NCBI RefSeq assembly: GCF_001194135.2
Contig: NC_068987.1
Coordinates: 78,218,557 to 78,282,556, forward strand
Reading direction: 5' to 3'
Length of the DNA stretch: 64,000 bases
Source: Octopus bimaculoides
Taxonomy: Eukaryota
Shown in pieces: positions 1-12,672 of this stretch. How positions within the stretch are numbered: position 1 is the first letter of the stretch; every line of letters begins with the position of its first letter. The notes beneath the pieces are model-generated. The model had not been told where the DNA came from and made no database searches. It saw only the letters and a list, made by a program, of their open reading frames with translations. The position numbers and the translations under genes were made by a program.

Positions 1-1062
1 ATATATATATATATATACATCTCTCTCTTTCTCTCTGTATATATGTATGTATATGTATTTAGGTACACGGGTATCCACGTTTCAGAACACATAAACTTAC
101 ATATACCCACTTAATATACTTCTATGCATACGCGTAGAGTTACACAAACATACCCACAAGTGCGTTTATGATGTGATCATGTCTGCGTGTGGTGTAGAGT
201 GGCATAAAAGCAAGGATTTAAAACATATAGATACCCATATCTTTCCAACACGTCCTTTTATTTTGTCTAATTTTCTCAAGGCAGTTTCTCTCCGTGGCAG
301 GGGACTTAAGCTGAGATTAGTGAATAAAAACACGTGCCCCAAAGCTTAACGCTTTTTTTCTTTTGGTTTTTCTACCCATCATTCATGTCAGCTAGCTCTT
401 CTTGCATCTCATGAATATATTTATACACCAGCAAAAAAAAAAAAAAAANNNNNNNNNNNNNNNNNNNNNNNNNNNNNNNNNNNNNNNNNNNNNNNNNNNN
501 NNNNNNNNNNNNNNNNNNNNNNNNNNNNNNNNNNNNNNNNNNNNNNNNNNNNNNNNNNNNNNNNNNNNNNNNNNNNNNNNNNNNNNNNNNNNNNNNNNNN
601 NNNNNNNNNNNNNNNNNNNNNNNNNNNNNNNNNNNNNNNNNNNNNNNNNNNNNNNNNNNNNNNNNNNNNNNNNNNNNNNNNNNNNNNNNNNNNNNNNNNN
701 NNNNNNNNNNNNNNNNNNNNNNNNNNNNNNNNNNNNNNNNNNNNNNNNNNNNNNNNNNNNNNNNNNNNNNNNNNNNNNNNNNNNNNNNNNNNNNNNNNNN
801 NNNNNNNNNNNNNNNNNNNNNNNNNNNNNNNNNNNNNNNNNNNNNNNNNNNNNNNNNNNNNNNNNNNNNNNNNNNNNNNTATATATATATATATATATAT
901 ATATATTCATATATATATATATATATATATCCAGAAATTAGGGAATTGAGTAGATAAAACACAGGGCTACATATGTTTCATAGCTAGCTATATATACATA
1001 CATACATACATATGTACATATGTATGCGCATGCATGCACGTTTGTATGTATGTTTTATCTTT

Positions 1063-1385
1063 TATTTCTTTCAGTCATTGGATTGCTGCTATTATCTTGA
1101 AGAGTTTTAGCCGAACAAATCTACACCAATACCTATTTGTTTCTGAAGTCTGATACTTACTCTATCAGTTTTTTTGTCAAACCTCTAAGTTACAGGGACG
1201 TAACCAAACCAACACTGGTTGTCAAGCGTACTGATGGGGTACAAACACAGAGTAAAGACATGTACATATATATGCGACTCGCTTCGCTCTCTTGTCTGAT
1301 TATCTCTACCAAATTTGCTTCCAAGGAATCTTATACGTTATTTTAACAGCGTGGAAATGTGTGGAGCAGTAGTTTTTGCAACACG
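1063..1385 (-). mobile_element. SINE family B (CORE-like), degenerate copy
   Basis: Matches the antisense of family B (TTTCAGTCATTGGATTGCTGC...GTCAAACCTCTAAGTTACAGGGACGTAACCAAACCAACACTGGTTGTCAAGCG); head is degenerate. Confidence 0.75.
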
Positions 1386-2181
1386 TCTTGGATTTCAAAG
1401 TGAAATTCAAATGAAATCAATTTTATACATACATACATACATACATACACACAGGCATACAAAGGAATGCATGTATATATTTTCTGAATATATTTTCATG
1501 TTTCTCTGCGAATTTGCTCTGTTTGTGTATGTGTGTTCTTGTCGAAAAATTTTAATTACTAAAAGAGGATAAGATATTTTAATTTATATCAAGAAGGACA
1601 TTATTCCTATTCTAAACACAAGCACTCTTTCTATTTAATCACTTAACTAATTGATTATTTGATCAAACTTTTGTTCCATGGGTTTGTCAAAGATTCTTCG
1701 TCGCCATTCCTGGTCGCATGAAAGTGATGACCTGTCAAACAAATTGACTCAGACGAAGTGAAATAGTTTATTATTATGCGTCTATTATTGGCACAAATCG
1801 GTAGCCTATACATCTTGCCTTGTGCTTCCACCCACTCCTTCAGGCTCAAATACACAATATGGCTGTTTTTTTTTTTTTGAAAAACGAGAAAGGAAGCTGG
1901 TCTCGTGTTTTCACGTAGTGCTTTAGGAAACATATACCAAGTTGCAGAACATTGGGAACCGAACTAGAAACTATGTAGCTATAAAAATCGCTTCTTAAGA
2001 TCACACCTATACATGCACCTGTAGACACTTTGGGCCACAGCACTGAAAGAAATGTAAACATTATTCAGAGGTATATGAAAATCAAGAAAATATCCAAGTT
2101 TTCTAGCGAAAACTTGTCAAATGTATTTGAAATTAAAATTACAAAGCATATAAAATATCTCAATAGCGAGTGTGTTTAAGT

Positions 2182-2360
2182 AGGAGAATCTTTACCACGC
2201 CAAGCAAAATGTTTAGCGGCATTTCGTCTGCCGTTATATTCTGAGTTCAAATTCCGCCGACGTCGACTTTGCCTTTCATTCATTCAGTGTCGATAAAATG
2301 AGGTCGATTTAACTCCTACCTTGAAATTGCTGGCCTAGTATCAAAATTTAAAATCAATAT
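2182..2360 (+). mobile_element. tRNA-derived SINE family A
   Basis: Diagnostic TTCTGAGTTCAAATTCCGCCGACGTCGACTTTGCCTTTCAT core with B-box-like GAGTTCAAATTC. Confidence 0.85.
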
Positions 2361-2419
2361 ACTTGAGCGAAATATGATGTTATATAAGTATCAAGATATA
2401 AGCACAGCCTAAGGTGAAG

Positions 2420-2475
<56 letters not shown>

Positions 2476-2985
2476 TATATATATATACATACATACATAT
2501 ATATATATAATATATGATATATATATATATATCAAATCAAGGGTATCAAATATAAAATGTCCTCATTCAACATGATTTTCTAAAGATCTTATTCATATTG
2601 CCATGAATAAGTGAATTTCATCTTTCATCCACATTTGTATTCATGTCAAATCTAAATTTTTCGTTTTGGTATGGATTGAGTCAGCGAAGAGACATTCAGA
2701 GTGGTTGTTCCTTTCTCAGCTCAAACAGAATTCACAGTCTTTGAAATTTAACATCGAGACAGTATGAGGAAAAGCTAAATAATACGACAAAAATATAAGC
2801 TTTCACAAAAATCTGTAGCAAATGTTATGAAATTTTACTTTCTTTCTTTATAATTCTATCAGCATTTGGTAACTTCTATTAATGTTATCAAACTATTTTC
2901 AGATATTATGTTGTCATGTTGTAGGAATGAAATGATGTATACACATATACGTATTCACTTAAAATACATATATACACACAGACTA

Positions 2986-3063
<78 letters not shown>

Positions 3064-3088
3064 CCTATCTATCTATCTATCTACCTAC

Positions 3089-3160
<72 letters not shown>
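2986..3160 (+). repeat. (TATC)n tetranucleotide microsatellite
   Basis: Long near-perfect ATCT run with a few ACCT variants; it explains the YLSI-repeat ORF. Confidence 0.95.
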
Positions 3161-3177
<17 letters not shown>

Positions 3178-4759
3178 AACACAAAAATATACATGCACAC
3201 ACAACATGAATACATAATTTATCAGACAGGGGTATAAAGTGAATAGGACTTCGATGTCTCGCTAGCAACGGTATATTTATGTAAGAATGCATGTCTTTCT
3301 GTCTGTATGTATGTGCATGTGTGTGTGTTTTTTTCCGCTGATTATTTTACTTGTTTCAGTAATTTAACCGCGGCCATGCTGGAATATGTGTCTACATATG
3401 TCTACGTATGCATGCATGGGCGCATACCTGTGTACTTGTGAGCATGTGCATTGATATATGAAAGTGGAATACTTATATATACATATGACATGATGTTGAA
3501 TTCACTAAGATTGATATAACGGGACTGAACGAGTAAGAGAAAATAAATAAGTAAGTTTTGTACATCTTCATTACTCTTCGATTTAAAACTCAGACTTCTA
3601 ATCCCGCTGTGATTAATCTAGAAGCGATTATCTCCCTTAGAATAACTTACCGCCAGGGCACGCCAAGTGTCGAAAATGTTTTTTCTTCAGATAAATGCAA
3701 AAAAGCGCTTTTTTTTAGAAGACCGTGGCAGTTACTTAGCAAATGTGTATCACTAAACTAAGCAAGTGCTTTTATGAAGAGAGATCTGAATGAGATTTTT
3801 AAGTGAACCAGGGTTAATATCAAATCTATTAAATAATGCCTGGGACGATTATTCCACCTTCTGCTTGAGAAAGATGAAATGAACCCAAAATATTCCACTT
3901 ATTTACATTTTAAAGTTAAGCAATTGTAGCAGGTATAGTCAGTGATCAGTGAGAGACACTGTCTTTATCTAGGAGGAGTAGAGGAATATAAGAATATTAT
4001 GATGAGTGAGCAAGAGTTTTCAATTCCTGGTTGAGTTAAGTTTCTTTTATTTTCATGCATAAGCCGTTTGTTGTATGAATAAATATCACACATTTTCATA
4101 ACTCGTACATATAAACTTACCGCTGATATTTGAAGGCATATTTAACAATGGGCACTAAGGGAAGATAACATCGCAAGGCCAAGCTTTAATAAATATATTA
4201 GTTTAATGCTTAAAAACAATGGAAAGCATTTCGACGTTTCAGACGCTAGTCTTTGATTTAAAAAAAATGAGAAATGTTGGTGAGAGAAATAGAGTTGTGG
4301 GCCAAGATGCCTGTTGATCTGCATCAAGTGCCAATGCCGTAAAATAACGCTACTATATTTATGTATTCATTGAAAGAATACATACGATATACATTAATGG
4401 ATGAAGGAAGATATATACTTGTCCAGGTATGCAATTTACTGTGAACTTTATGATAAGCGGTTATTCTATTTGTTCTCTTTGTTTGGTTTATTAAAGTAAA
4501 CATGCCATGACATAGGCCGTAACGCTTTTATGGAATCGCAGGGGCATTGCTGCGACCTTTTGCGTGTCTTGGATATTTTTAACTTAGCAGAGCCCATCTC
4601 ACTCCAGGTTTAACCACGATCGATTTCTTCCGGAAAGGAACTAAGATACAGAGAGAGAAAGAATTAGAGAAGAAAGACAATTCATCCTAATTCTGGCTAT
4701 CCTATCCTTTCTTTTTTGGTTTTGCTTTTAAAAGTAGTGTTTTAGTTAGTCCACATTAC

Positions 4760-4979
4760 TCTGTAAGTACCATGGGATCGCTTTCCCGGTTTCTCTGGTG
4801 TGTATATTCCTCACTGGACGGACGTCGGCCCGTCACAGGATTACTCATTTTCATCAGCTGTGTGCAACGTGAAATGAAGTGATTTGCTCAAGAGAACAAC
4901 GCGTCACGTGGTCCAGGAATCGAAACCACAATCATACGATCATGAATCCGACACCCGATCCACTAAGCCATGCGCCTCT
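4760..4979 (-). mobile_element. tRNA-derived SINE family C (V/Meta/CORE-like central domain)
   Basis: Minus strand AGAGGCGCATGGCTTAGTGG (A box)...GGTTTCGATTCC (B box) followed by GTTCTCTTGAGCAAATCACTT; homologous copy at 32.7-32.9 kb. Confidence 0.75.
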
Positions 4980-5429
4980 AGCAGTGCAATCAGTGCTAAT
5001 TATCCATCGTGTTCTTTGTCAAGTAATCTTAGGAGAGACATTAATTTTTTTTTATTTACAATTTCTGGCAGATCGAGAGCAACTACCTAGTGAATTCCCT
5101 TCATTGGAATAATTCTATAAACGTATAAGAGCAGGTAGTATTGTCATTTGTGACAGGTATTCTTTTATTGAACAATAAAAGTTTGATTTATTCTTTCACA
5201 AACAAAGATATAAATAAATATTCAGCAAGAACGACTCAACATAAAAGTATTGATTCCTTTTACTACTAGAACAAAATTACATCGTCATTAACATCGGCTG
5301 AGTTGTCATTACTGTTATGATATGAACATTACTGGAAAGACAGAGAAAAGGAAAAAAAAGCCGTGTTCTTAAACTAACCTTCTCATTCAGAGCCTGGAAA
5401 TACCTTAGATTCGAAAGATTACTGAGTTT

Positions 5430-5830
5430 CTACGAAGCTGAATCTATATCTACAATACTGTCCTGCTCTTATAAGTAGGACTGTACAACCTATACATATA
5501 AAAATATTCCAAATATCCCAAAGATTCTCATACGAATGATTAGCAAGAAACCTCTCTACCCTGATTTTCCTGTTCTTACTTGAACAGTCTTTGTTTCTTA
5601 GATATATCGAGCTGAGTGTATCAGCCTTTAAACCCATCCAACCCATTCTGTGCTTCTCCTCTCTCCTACACAGCACCGCACTAACTCCTAAGCCACTTCC
5701 TTTTTCAGTTGAAACATCCGTTCTTTGGAATTCCTTACCCAATCAGTTTTTCTCTGCAGTCTTCCGCTTGCAGGTGTTCAAGGTGGACATCTACTGCAAT
5801 AATCCAGCTTGTCTTGACAGCCTGTGAATG
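5430..5830 (+). mobile_element. CR1/L2-type LINE ORF2 3' remnant
   Basis: Frameshifted translation HRTNS*ATSFFS/TSVLWNSLPNQFFSAVFRLQVFK resembles the CR1/L2 ORF2 C-terminal motif (RT..Y..SFFPRT..LWNSLP..VF....L..FK). Confidence 0.6.
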
Positions 5831-5961
5831 TCCTGAAAAAAGAAATAAATAAAAGTCTTCTCTTCTCACTAGCATCATAAAATTAATTATGAAAAGGTCA
5901 GCACTGATCGAGCAGACACNNNNNNNNNNNNNNNNNNNNNNNNNNNNNNNNNNNNNNNNNN

Positions 5962-6020
<59 letters not shown>

Positions 6021-6209
6021 GTGTGTTTGTGTGTATATATTTGTATGTATATATTTGTATGTATACGCACACATATATAAATGTGTATGTATATATAATG
6101 GGTGAAATTGCCTTTGACCCTCTGGCTGATAACTGATGAAGAATTGGTGACCTTGTTTTTTGTGTCCGTCTGTGTACTTAGTTTGTTTATTTACTACACG
6201 TTTTTTTTA

Positions 6210-6242
<33 letters not shown>

Positions 6243-8884
6243 GATGGGTCATATCTTCTGTTTGTTGTCTTTCTATTTAATCCTGAAAAAAAGAATATAT
6301 ATCGATAGATGTGCAATAGAGTATATGTGAAATATGTAACGTTTTGTATCGAGCCCTTATTTAAACTATAATAGAACAGTAAAAAGATGTCAATCATAAA
6401 ACAATGCTTTGCCATCTTCTCATCTCCTGAAAAGTTCTTGGCTTGATAAATTAGTCATGGCTTCTTTCTTTCCGGTGCACCAGTATTTGTTGTAATGTTA
6501 TTTAGTGCGATTGCTACTTGCTGATGCAGATCACCATGAGTATTTTCTAATGCTCGTGATTATGTTGAATTTATGATGTAGGACAATCTGTGACATTTTA
6601 TTTCTAACAAATGGCTTACGCAATATAAGTGACGGAAACTTAATTCAACTGGGATTTGAAATCGAACCCAGAAGTTTAATTCTTGCTGATCTGGGATCAA
6701 CTTCTTTAAGTGTCATATTCAAAGCAGTTTATTTACGAATTTACTGTTGTTGTTCGGTAAAATTTAAAAAATGACTATTGTTAGGATATTTTGTTTTACT
6801 TGAGAATGCACAAAGAAAAAAAAATCTGTTAAATAGAAAATTCGAAGAGTTTTATAATTTGAATTAGCTGCAATAGTTTCAAATTTAGCGTTAATCAGAC
6901 AATCAAAACACCGTACATCTGCTGCCTCTCAGAGATCACTTGTTTTATTTTAAGATTAGCATAAGTCTGGCAAACTTCACCATTCTGTTTCTTTAGCCAT
7001 CGCCTAATTTCTTAGCATAAAATGCAATTCTAAAACTGAATTATTTCTTTCCTACACCTTGAAAAGCAAAATCCCGAACCTACTTAAGTACCATACAAGC
7101 GTTTATTCATGTGATGTCGATTTAATTAGCTGTGTATATCAAGTACTTTGCATATGCTTAGCCCTTATCTATATTAAGCACGTTTGTATGCTACTTTGAG
7201 CATCATATTTAGTATTGCTTGTGATCCCTGATTAATTATCTACAAAAGACTTCAGGCACTGTTAACTCTCACAACAACTTTTACCACTGTCACCACTTGC
7301 TTTTCATATTCTCACACTTTCAGTCTTTTCATTATTCAAATGTCATAATTGTGTTTAGAGCCTGCAGCTTACAGTGCGAAGGAGCTCACCTCAAACGAGA
7401 ATTTCATTCTTATTCATAATACTTCATTAGGAAGAAGTATATTGCAAAATAATAAAAAGAAAGAAAGGAAAGAAGAAAAAGGAAGAGAGAGAGAGAGAAA
7501 GGAATAAAGCTAGCCAGGAAAAGAATATGAGTGAAAGAAACAAACAAAAACATAAAACGGAAAGAAAGATCTAAAAAGAAAAGAATGAATGAAACAGTTG
7601 AAAGAAATAACATTTATCTTCAAAGTTATTTTCTAAGTATTCTATTGCTGTGGTTTATATAAATCATAAATGACGCAAAGAAGTGTTTTCCGTTAATTGA
7701 CAACTAGTATTACGCTTTTATATTATGTCACCAGTGGCATATTTGCTATGAATGTGTTGAGACTACAGTTCGACCAAACGCAAGTTCTTTATTAGGAAAC
7801 ACAAAGTGAAACAGTTAGTGCTTAGGAAATGTAACAGTGGAACTTTAAATCAACTTTTTCGAATGAGGTACAACGAGTTCAATACGGGAAGCGTTGTCTC
7901 ATACATCTTTATGTGTTATTTTCAAGAGAATATCCTAGAGGTAACTGTTGGTATAACATCTAACTGCGATCAGTGGTTGAAACACACCTGAATGTACTTC
8001 AGACAGATCAGAAGACTTCATTAAATTAGGTTAACAAATGCAGAATATGCCCTCGGCTCTTCCACTGAGTTCGTTTGCAGCTTATTTAATCTTTCTTGCA
8101 GAATAGATATTCTATATATGAACTAAATGGCTGAAAGCCCAATCGTCTGACGTTGCATTTTGAAGAGTAGATAAACTAAAGCAGTAAATGATATTTTATT
8201 CAAAGAATAAAACCCAAGGATTGGACACAATGAAAGAACAAACTCGAAAATTTAGACAAAGGGCTCAAGGAAACCTATGCATTGTTTTCTTCATTTTGGT
8301 GTTACTCTTTTAAACGGAGAATTCTAACATGAGTTGCCCAGAGGATGGAAAACCAATTAAATTCATATTTGTTCTGAAACTAAGAATCGTCCGCTTCATG
8401 GCTTTATGATTGTCATCAGCCAAGAATGAATTTATAATTTGTGAAATTTTCTCGGAGATTTTCAAGGAGAATTTACGACTAAACATTTGTTTATCAATAA
8501 TAGACGTGACTGTTGCTCCAAAATGTTTAGTGAAACTTATTTTGTGCGCGCTTATTCTCTTGTTGTTGTTATTGTTGTTGCCGGTTTTTCTTTTCTTGTT
8601 TTCAACTATGTCTATTGTTATTGCTACTATTGAATTTTTGTTAATATTCTCATTGTTAAGCCACCGCACAATATATGTTTATATATAACATACAATTTTA
8701 TTATATAATATTTTTAACGAAACAAAACTAATATTCAAATAAAAATAATGTTGAAACTAGACGAATAAAAAGTATAAAAATTAGTGTCTACATATGTAAA
8801 TATGTATGTATGCATGTAGGTATGCGTGTATGCAGATATGCATGAACGAATGAATGCATGTATATATATATATATTAATTATTA

Positions 8885-8925
<41 letters not shown>

Positions 8926-9052
8926 GTCTATCTATCTATCTATCTATCTATCTATGCAGAAATATATAAATGTATATGTATCTGTCTATATATGTGCAAT
9001 ATATATATGTATATATATATATCCTATTGCGTGTACATTATGTGTATATTAT

Positions 9053-9266
9053 AGGGCAGTGAGCTGGCCGAATCGTTAGCACACCGTGCGAAATGCTTAG
9101 TGATATTTCGGCTGTCTTTACGTTTTGAGTTCAAATTCCACTGAGGCTGACTTTACCTTTCATCCTTTCGGGGTCGATAAATTAAGTACCAGTTGTATAC
9201 CGGGGTCGATCTGATCGACTGGCCCCCTCCCCAGAAATTTCGGACCTTGTACCTAGAGTAAAAAAG
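9053..9266 (+). mobile_element. SINE family A, full length, with TSD
   Basis: A/B boxes; flanked by 16-bp direct repeat ATTATGTGTATATTAT (9037-9052 and 9267-9282). Confidence 0.9.
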
Positions 9267-9295
9267 ATTATGTGTATATTATTGTAAGTATAGTA

Positions 9296-9508
9296 AGGCG
9301 GCGAACTGGCAAAATAGTTCGCACGTCGGGCGAAATGCTTATAACTATGTCGTCTGTTTTCCCGTTCTGAGTTCAAATTCTGCCGAGGCCGTTTTTGCCT
9401 TTCATCCTTTCGAGGTCGATAAATTAAGTACCAGTCGAGTACTGAGGTCGATGTAATCGACTGTACCACTCCCCGAAAATATAGCGCCTTGTACCTAGAG
9501 TAGAAAAG
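9296..9508 (+). mobile_element. SINE family A, full length, with TSD
   Basis: Flanked by 18-bp direct repeat ATTATTGTAAGTATAGTA (9278-9295 and 9509-9526). Confidence 0.9.
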
Positions 9509-9664
9509 ATTATTGTAAGTATAGTATTGTTTTACAAGGTCAATACCATATCTATTCCAGACCATAAGATTATTTCATGAAAAGGGTTAGCTAATGTGTA
9601 TATGAATGCTTCTCGCCTACATTTGGTCATAGTTTATCAAAACCTTTAGTGAACTGAGGTTTTA

Positions 9665-9909
9665 AAGGCACAATAGTGAGCACGCCTGGCGAAATGCTTA
9701 GCGGCATTTCGTCCGGCTTCACATTCTGAATTCAAATCTCGTCGAGGTCGACTTTGCCTTTCATCCTTTCGGTTTCGATAGAATAAGTACCAGTTAAGTA
9801 CTGCGGTGAATGTAATCGACTGTCCTCCTCTCCCAAATTTCAGGCCTTGTGCTTGTAGTAGAAAGGATTGGCAGGATCGTTAGCACGCCGGACGAAATGC
9901 TTAGTGGTA
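9665..9909 (+). mobile_element. SINE family A copy followed by a second truncated head
   Basis: Family A body to ~9869, then TGGCAGGATCGTTAGCACGCCGGACGAAATGCTTAG head fragment. Confidence 0.8.
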
Positions 9910-9989
9910 ACGGCTGTTCAACTTAGCTCCACAAGTTAGCAATACTCCTACATTGGACGTGTGAATGCAGACCGGTTTCCCTGAACATA

Positions 9990-10055
9990 AGAACGTACGA
10001 AATGCCACGAAGCATTTTGTCCAGCGTGCTAATGACTCTGCCAACTCGCTGCCTT
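9990..10055 (-). mobile_element. SINE family A head fragment
   Basis: Reverse complement of AAGGCAGCGAGTTGGCAGAGTCATTAGCACGCTGGACAAAATGCTT. Confidence 0.75.
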
Positions 10056-10083
10056 TATGATGATGATGATGATGATGATGATG

Positions 10084-10137
<54 letters not shown>

Positions 10138-10306
10138 TACACCGCTCTAAAACAACAGGAATACTAACGGAAGGCCGCAATTTAAGAGAAGAGAAAACCA
10201 AGAGGTCTCATGCTATTCATTTAAATATTCCTGAGTAGAACTTATTATTATTACCTCTGCCTTTGAAACTATTGGGCCAAAATTATTATTATTATTATTA
10301 TTATTA

Positions 10307-10391
<85 letters not shown>

Positions 10392-10404
10392 CATTATTAT
10401 TATT

Positions 10405-10859
10405 GAGTCGGAGAGCAGTGCATGCCATCAAAGTGACACTGGGGTAAAATATACGAAGCTCAGTATACCCATCATGACTACCCGTCTGATATGGGTACAC
10501 CAGGCACATGCATCACGACTATATGTTCGCGACATGGTGATCTCATATAAAGATAAACAGCAGATGGGGTCCAGTTAGAATTTCCTTTAGTTCGACTAGT
10601 CCACCTTGCTCAAAAGGTCTCTGAATAAGGATTGTTTAAAGATGTTGAACGAAAGACCCATGTTTCCAAAGGTGAATTATTCAGACACCAAAGAATTCTT
10701 TGGAACACATGGCTATGATGCCACTAAGGGACATACTCAATTGGTTATGGCCAAGCAACAGACAAGCAAATCTATGATATTGAGCAGAATATATGCTAAT
10801 GTTCATGATAATACTTCCAATCAGTTAAGATCAGAAGCCATGAGAGCCGCTGCCTGGTA

Positions 10860-10860
<1 letters not shown>
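10405..10860 (-). mobile_element. Unclassified ~460-bp interspersed repeat (family D) flanked by (AAT)n
   Basis: Aligns by eye, in the opposite orientation, to 54007-54480 (shared ATGGCTTCT..AACTGATTGGAAGTATTA, AATAATTCAC.T.TGGAAACATG, ATGCATGTGCCTGGTGTAC). Confidence 0.75.
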
Positions 10861-10897
<37 letters not shown>

Positions 10898-10898
10898 T

Positions 10899-11275
10899 CT
10901 TTTATCACAAGTTTTGTTGGAGCTCTTGAAGTCTTATATATGCAGCGGGCTTGCTACCTGCTGCCTATGGCATCATGCTGTCGATTCCTTTCGCGTATCT
11001 AATACTTTCCTGATTATTCTGGTGGTGCCAAGGAGGCAGACCTTTTGTAAGAGTTCTATTGGGTTTCATCCACTCTATTGCAGATGCGGCCCAGCGGAGA
11101 GACTTGCTCATTCATAAGGTTGACCCTCCAGTTTGTGGCCAAATCATGGTCTTTCGCTGCAAGTATAGAGCTCTCAGTCTCCTTTTTTAGTGTTCCTTTC
11201 ATCAGCCAATCCCACCTACTTTTTCCAGCAACATCTGTTGTAGCTGCATCGAATTGATCGTGTTGTCCCATGTGC
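10899..11275 (-). mobile_element. R4/Dong-type (RLE) non-LTR retrotransposon remnant, internally deleted
   Basis: Translates HDQF..TTDVAGKSRWDWLMKGTLKKETESSILAAKDHDLATN...SPLGRICNRVDET, then jumps to the C-terminus ELLQKVCLLGTTRIIRKVLDT, a 3' UTR and an (AAT)n tail at 10863-10897. Confidence 0.8.
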
Positions 11276-11294
11276 GTAATTCTTCATTTTATTT

Positions 11295-11347
<53 letters not shown>

Positions 11348-11362
11348 GCTGTTGTTGTTATT

Positions 11363-11580
11363 AAGGCGGTGGGCTGGCAGAATCGTTAGCACGCTGGACG
11401 AAACGCTTAGCGTTATTTCGCTCGTCGCCACGTTCTGAGTTCAAATTCCGCCGAGGTCGTCTTTGCCTTTCATCCTTTCGGGTTGGCTAAATGAAGTACC
11501 AGTGAAACACTGAGGTCGATGTAATCGACTTAATCTCCTCCCACAAGCTGCTCTTGTGGTAAAAATTTGAAATCATTATT
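11363..11580 (+). mobile_element. SINE family A
   Basis: AAGGCGGTGGGCTGGCAGAATCGTTAGC...GTTCTGAGTTCAAATTCCGCCGAGGTCG; starts right after a (GTT)n tract. Confidence 0.9.
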
Positions 11581-11780
11581 AACTCCGGCCTCGCTAGGTC
11601 GAAGGTATTGTTTCAATCGTGTTTGTTTGTTTGTTTGTCCGTGGACAAGATACCTCAAGAACCGCTGAATGAATTCGGATGAAACTTTCAGGGATGTTTG
11701 GGCTCGGTCTCGTGGCTGGCACGAACTGTTTAGATTTTGGGATCGATCCGGTACCGGATAAGGATTCTGGATTATTTGTT
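11574..11780 (+). mobile_element. Helentron/DINE-1-like non-autonomous element, 5' part
   Basis: TTATTAACTCCG...GAAGGTATTGTTT, internal (GTTT)n, GGATGAAACTTTCAGGGATG and GATCCGGTACCGGA motifs typical of HINE-like elements. Confidence 0.55.
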
Positions 11781-12304
11781 ATATTTACTTTACATGATTG
11801 CGATTTTAAGTTGACTTTCAAGTCTTTCACAGTTATCTCCCTTTACGCAGTTTCCACAGTTTTATTTTCATTTCTCTATTATTAATTTTACTCGCGTCTC
11901 TATCTTAGTAGAAAATGAAGGATAAAGAAATCAAACTACATAAACGAACGGCAGCAAAACCGTTCAGGATTATACAACACTAACATTTTTATAATATATA
12001 TATATATTATATATTATACAAACATAATACTTTTCATTATACTTACATATATACATACATCAATACATCGATCTAAAACAACAGGAATACTAACGGAAGG
12101 CCGGAATTTAAGAGAAGAGAAAACCAAAAGGTCTCAAGCTATTCATTTAAAAATTCCCGAGTAGAACTTATTATTATTACCTCCACCCTTGAAACTACTT
12201 CGAATGATGAATTTGTTAACTTTGGCTTGTATAAAGATAAGGATAGACCATTTATTACTGTTACTAAATTTTCTACAGTCACCTTCACATTCCATGACTA
12301 CCAT

Positions 12305-12475
12305 TGAGATCGATCAGGTACCGGACAAGGAGTCTGGACTATTTTCCTGTATTTTTGAGAGCGCTCGCGTTCATTTTTAGTATTCTCTTTTGCGAGAGCA
12401 GTCGAAAATATTTCAGATATTCTCATTTTAAAAATCCTTTCCAGCTAATCGTTGAGAGGACGGTGGTGTTGCTCT
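12305..12475 (+). mobile_element. Helentron/DINE-1-like element, 3' part
   Basis: Repeats the GATCGATC.GGTACCGGA.AAGGA.TCTGGA.TATT motif of ~11731-11775 and continues to GTTGAGAGGACGGTGGTGTTGC. Confidence 0.5.
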
Positions 12476-12486
12476 TGTTGTTGTTG

Positions 12487-12569
<83 letters not shown>

Positions 12570-12570
<1 letters not shown>

Positions 12571-12672
12571 TTCAGTAGTTTTATTTTTATAACGTGCTTT
12601 CACTTCACTACCGAGCGCAGCTCTGTGCGCCTTGGGTATGTGCTGTGGTTTGCTGTGGTGTTCTTATGTTTA
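12570..12672 (-). mobile_element. R4/Dong-type LINE 3' UTR with (AAT)n tail
   Basis: Reverse complement of the 3' UTR at 53655-53752; (TTA)n tail at 12478-12570; the 5' part is lost in an N gap. Confidence 0.8.

Noticed and set aside
4119-4152. Minus-strand mini-exon ending at a strong GTAAGT donor
   Set aside because: 34 nt, no recognisable peptide and no supporting neighbouring exons.
4225-4262. Minus-strand GAC-TAGC-GTC-T-GAAACGTCG resembling a PLE hammerhead 3' half
   Set aside because: No CUGANGA upstream; too degenerate to call.
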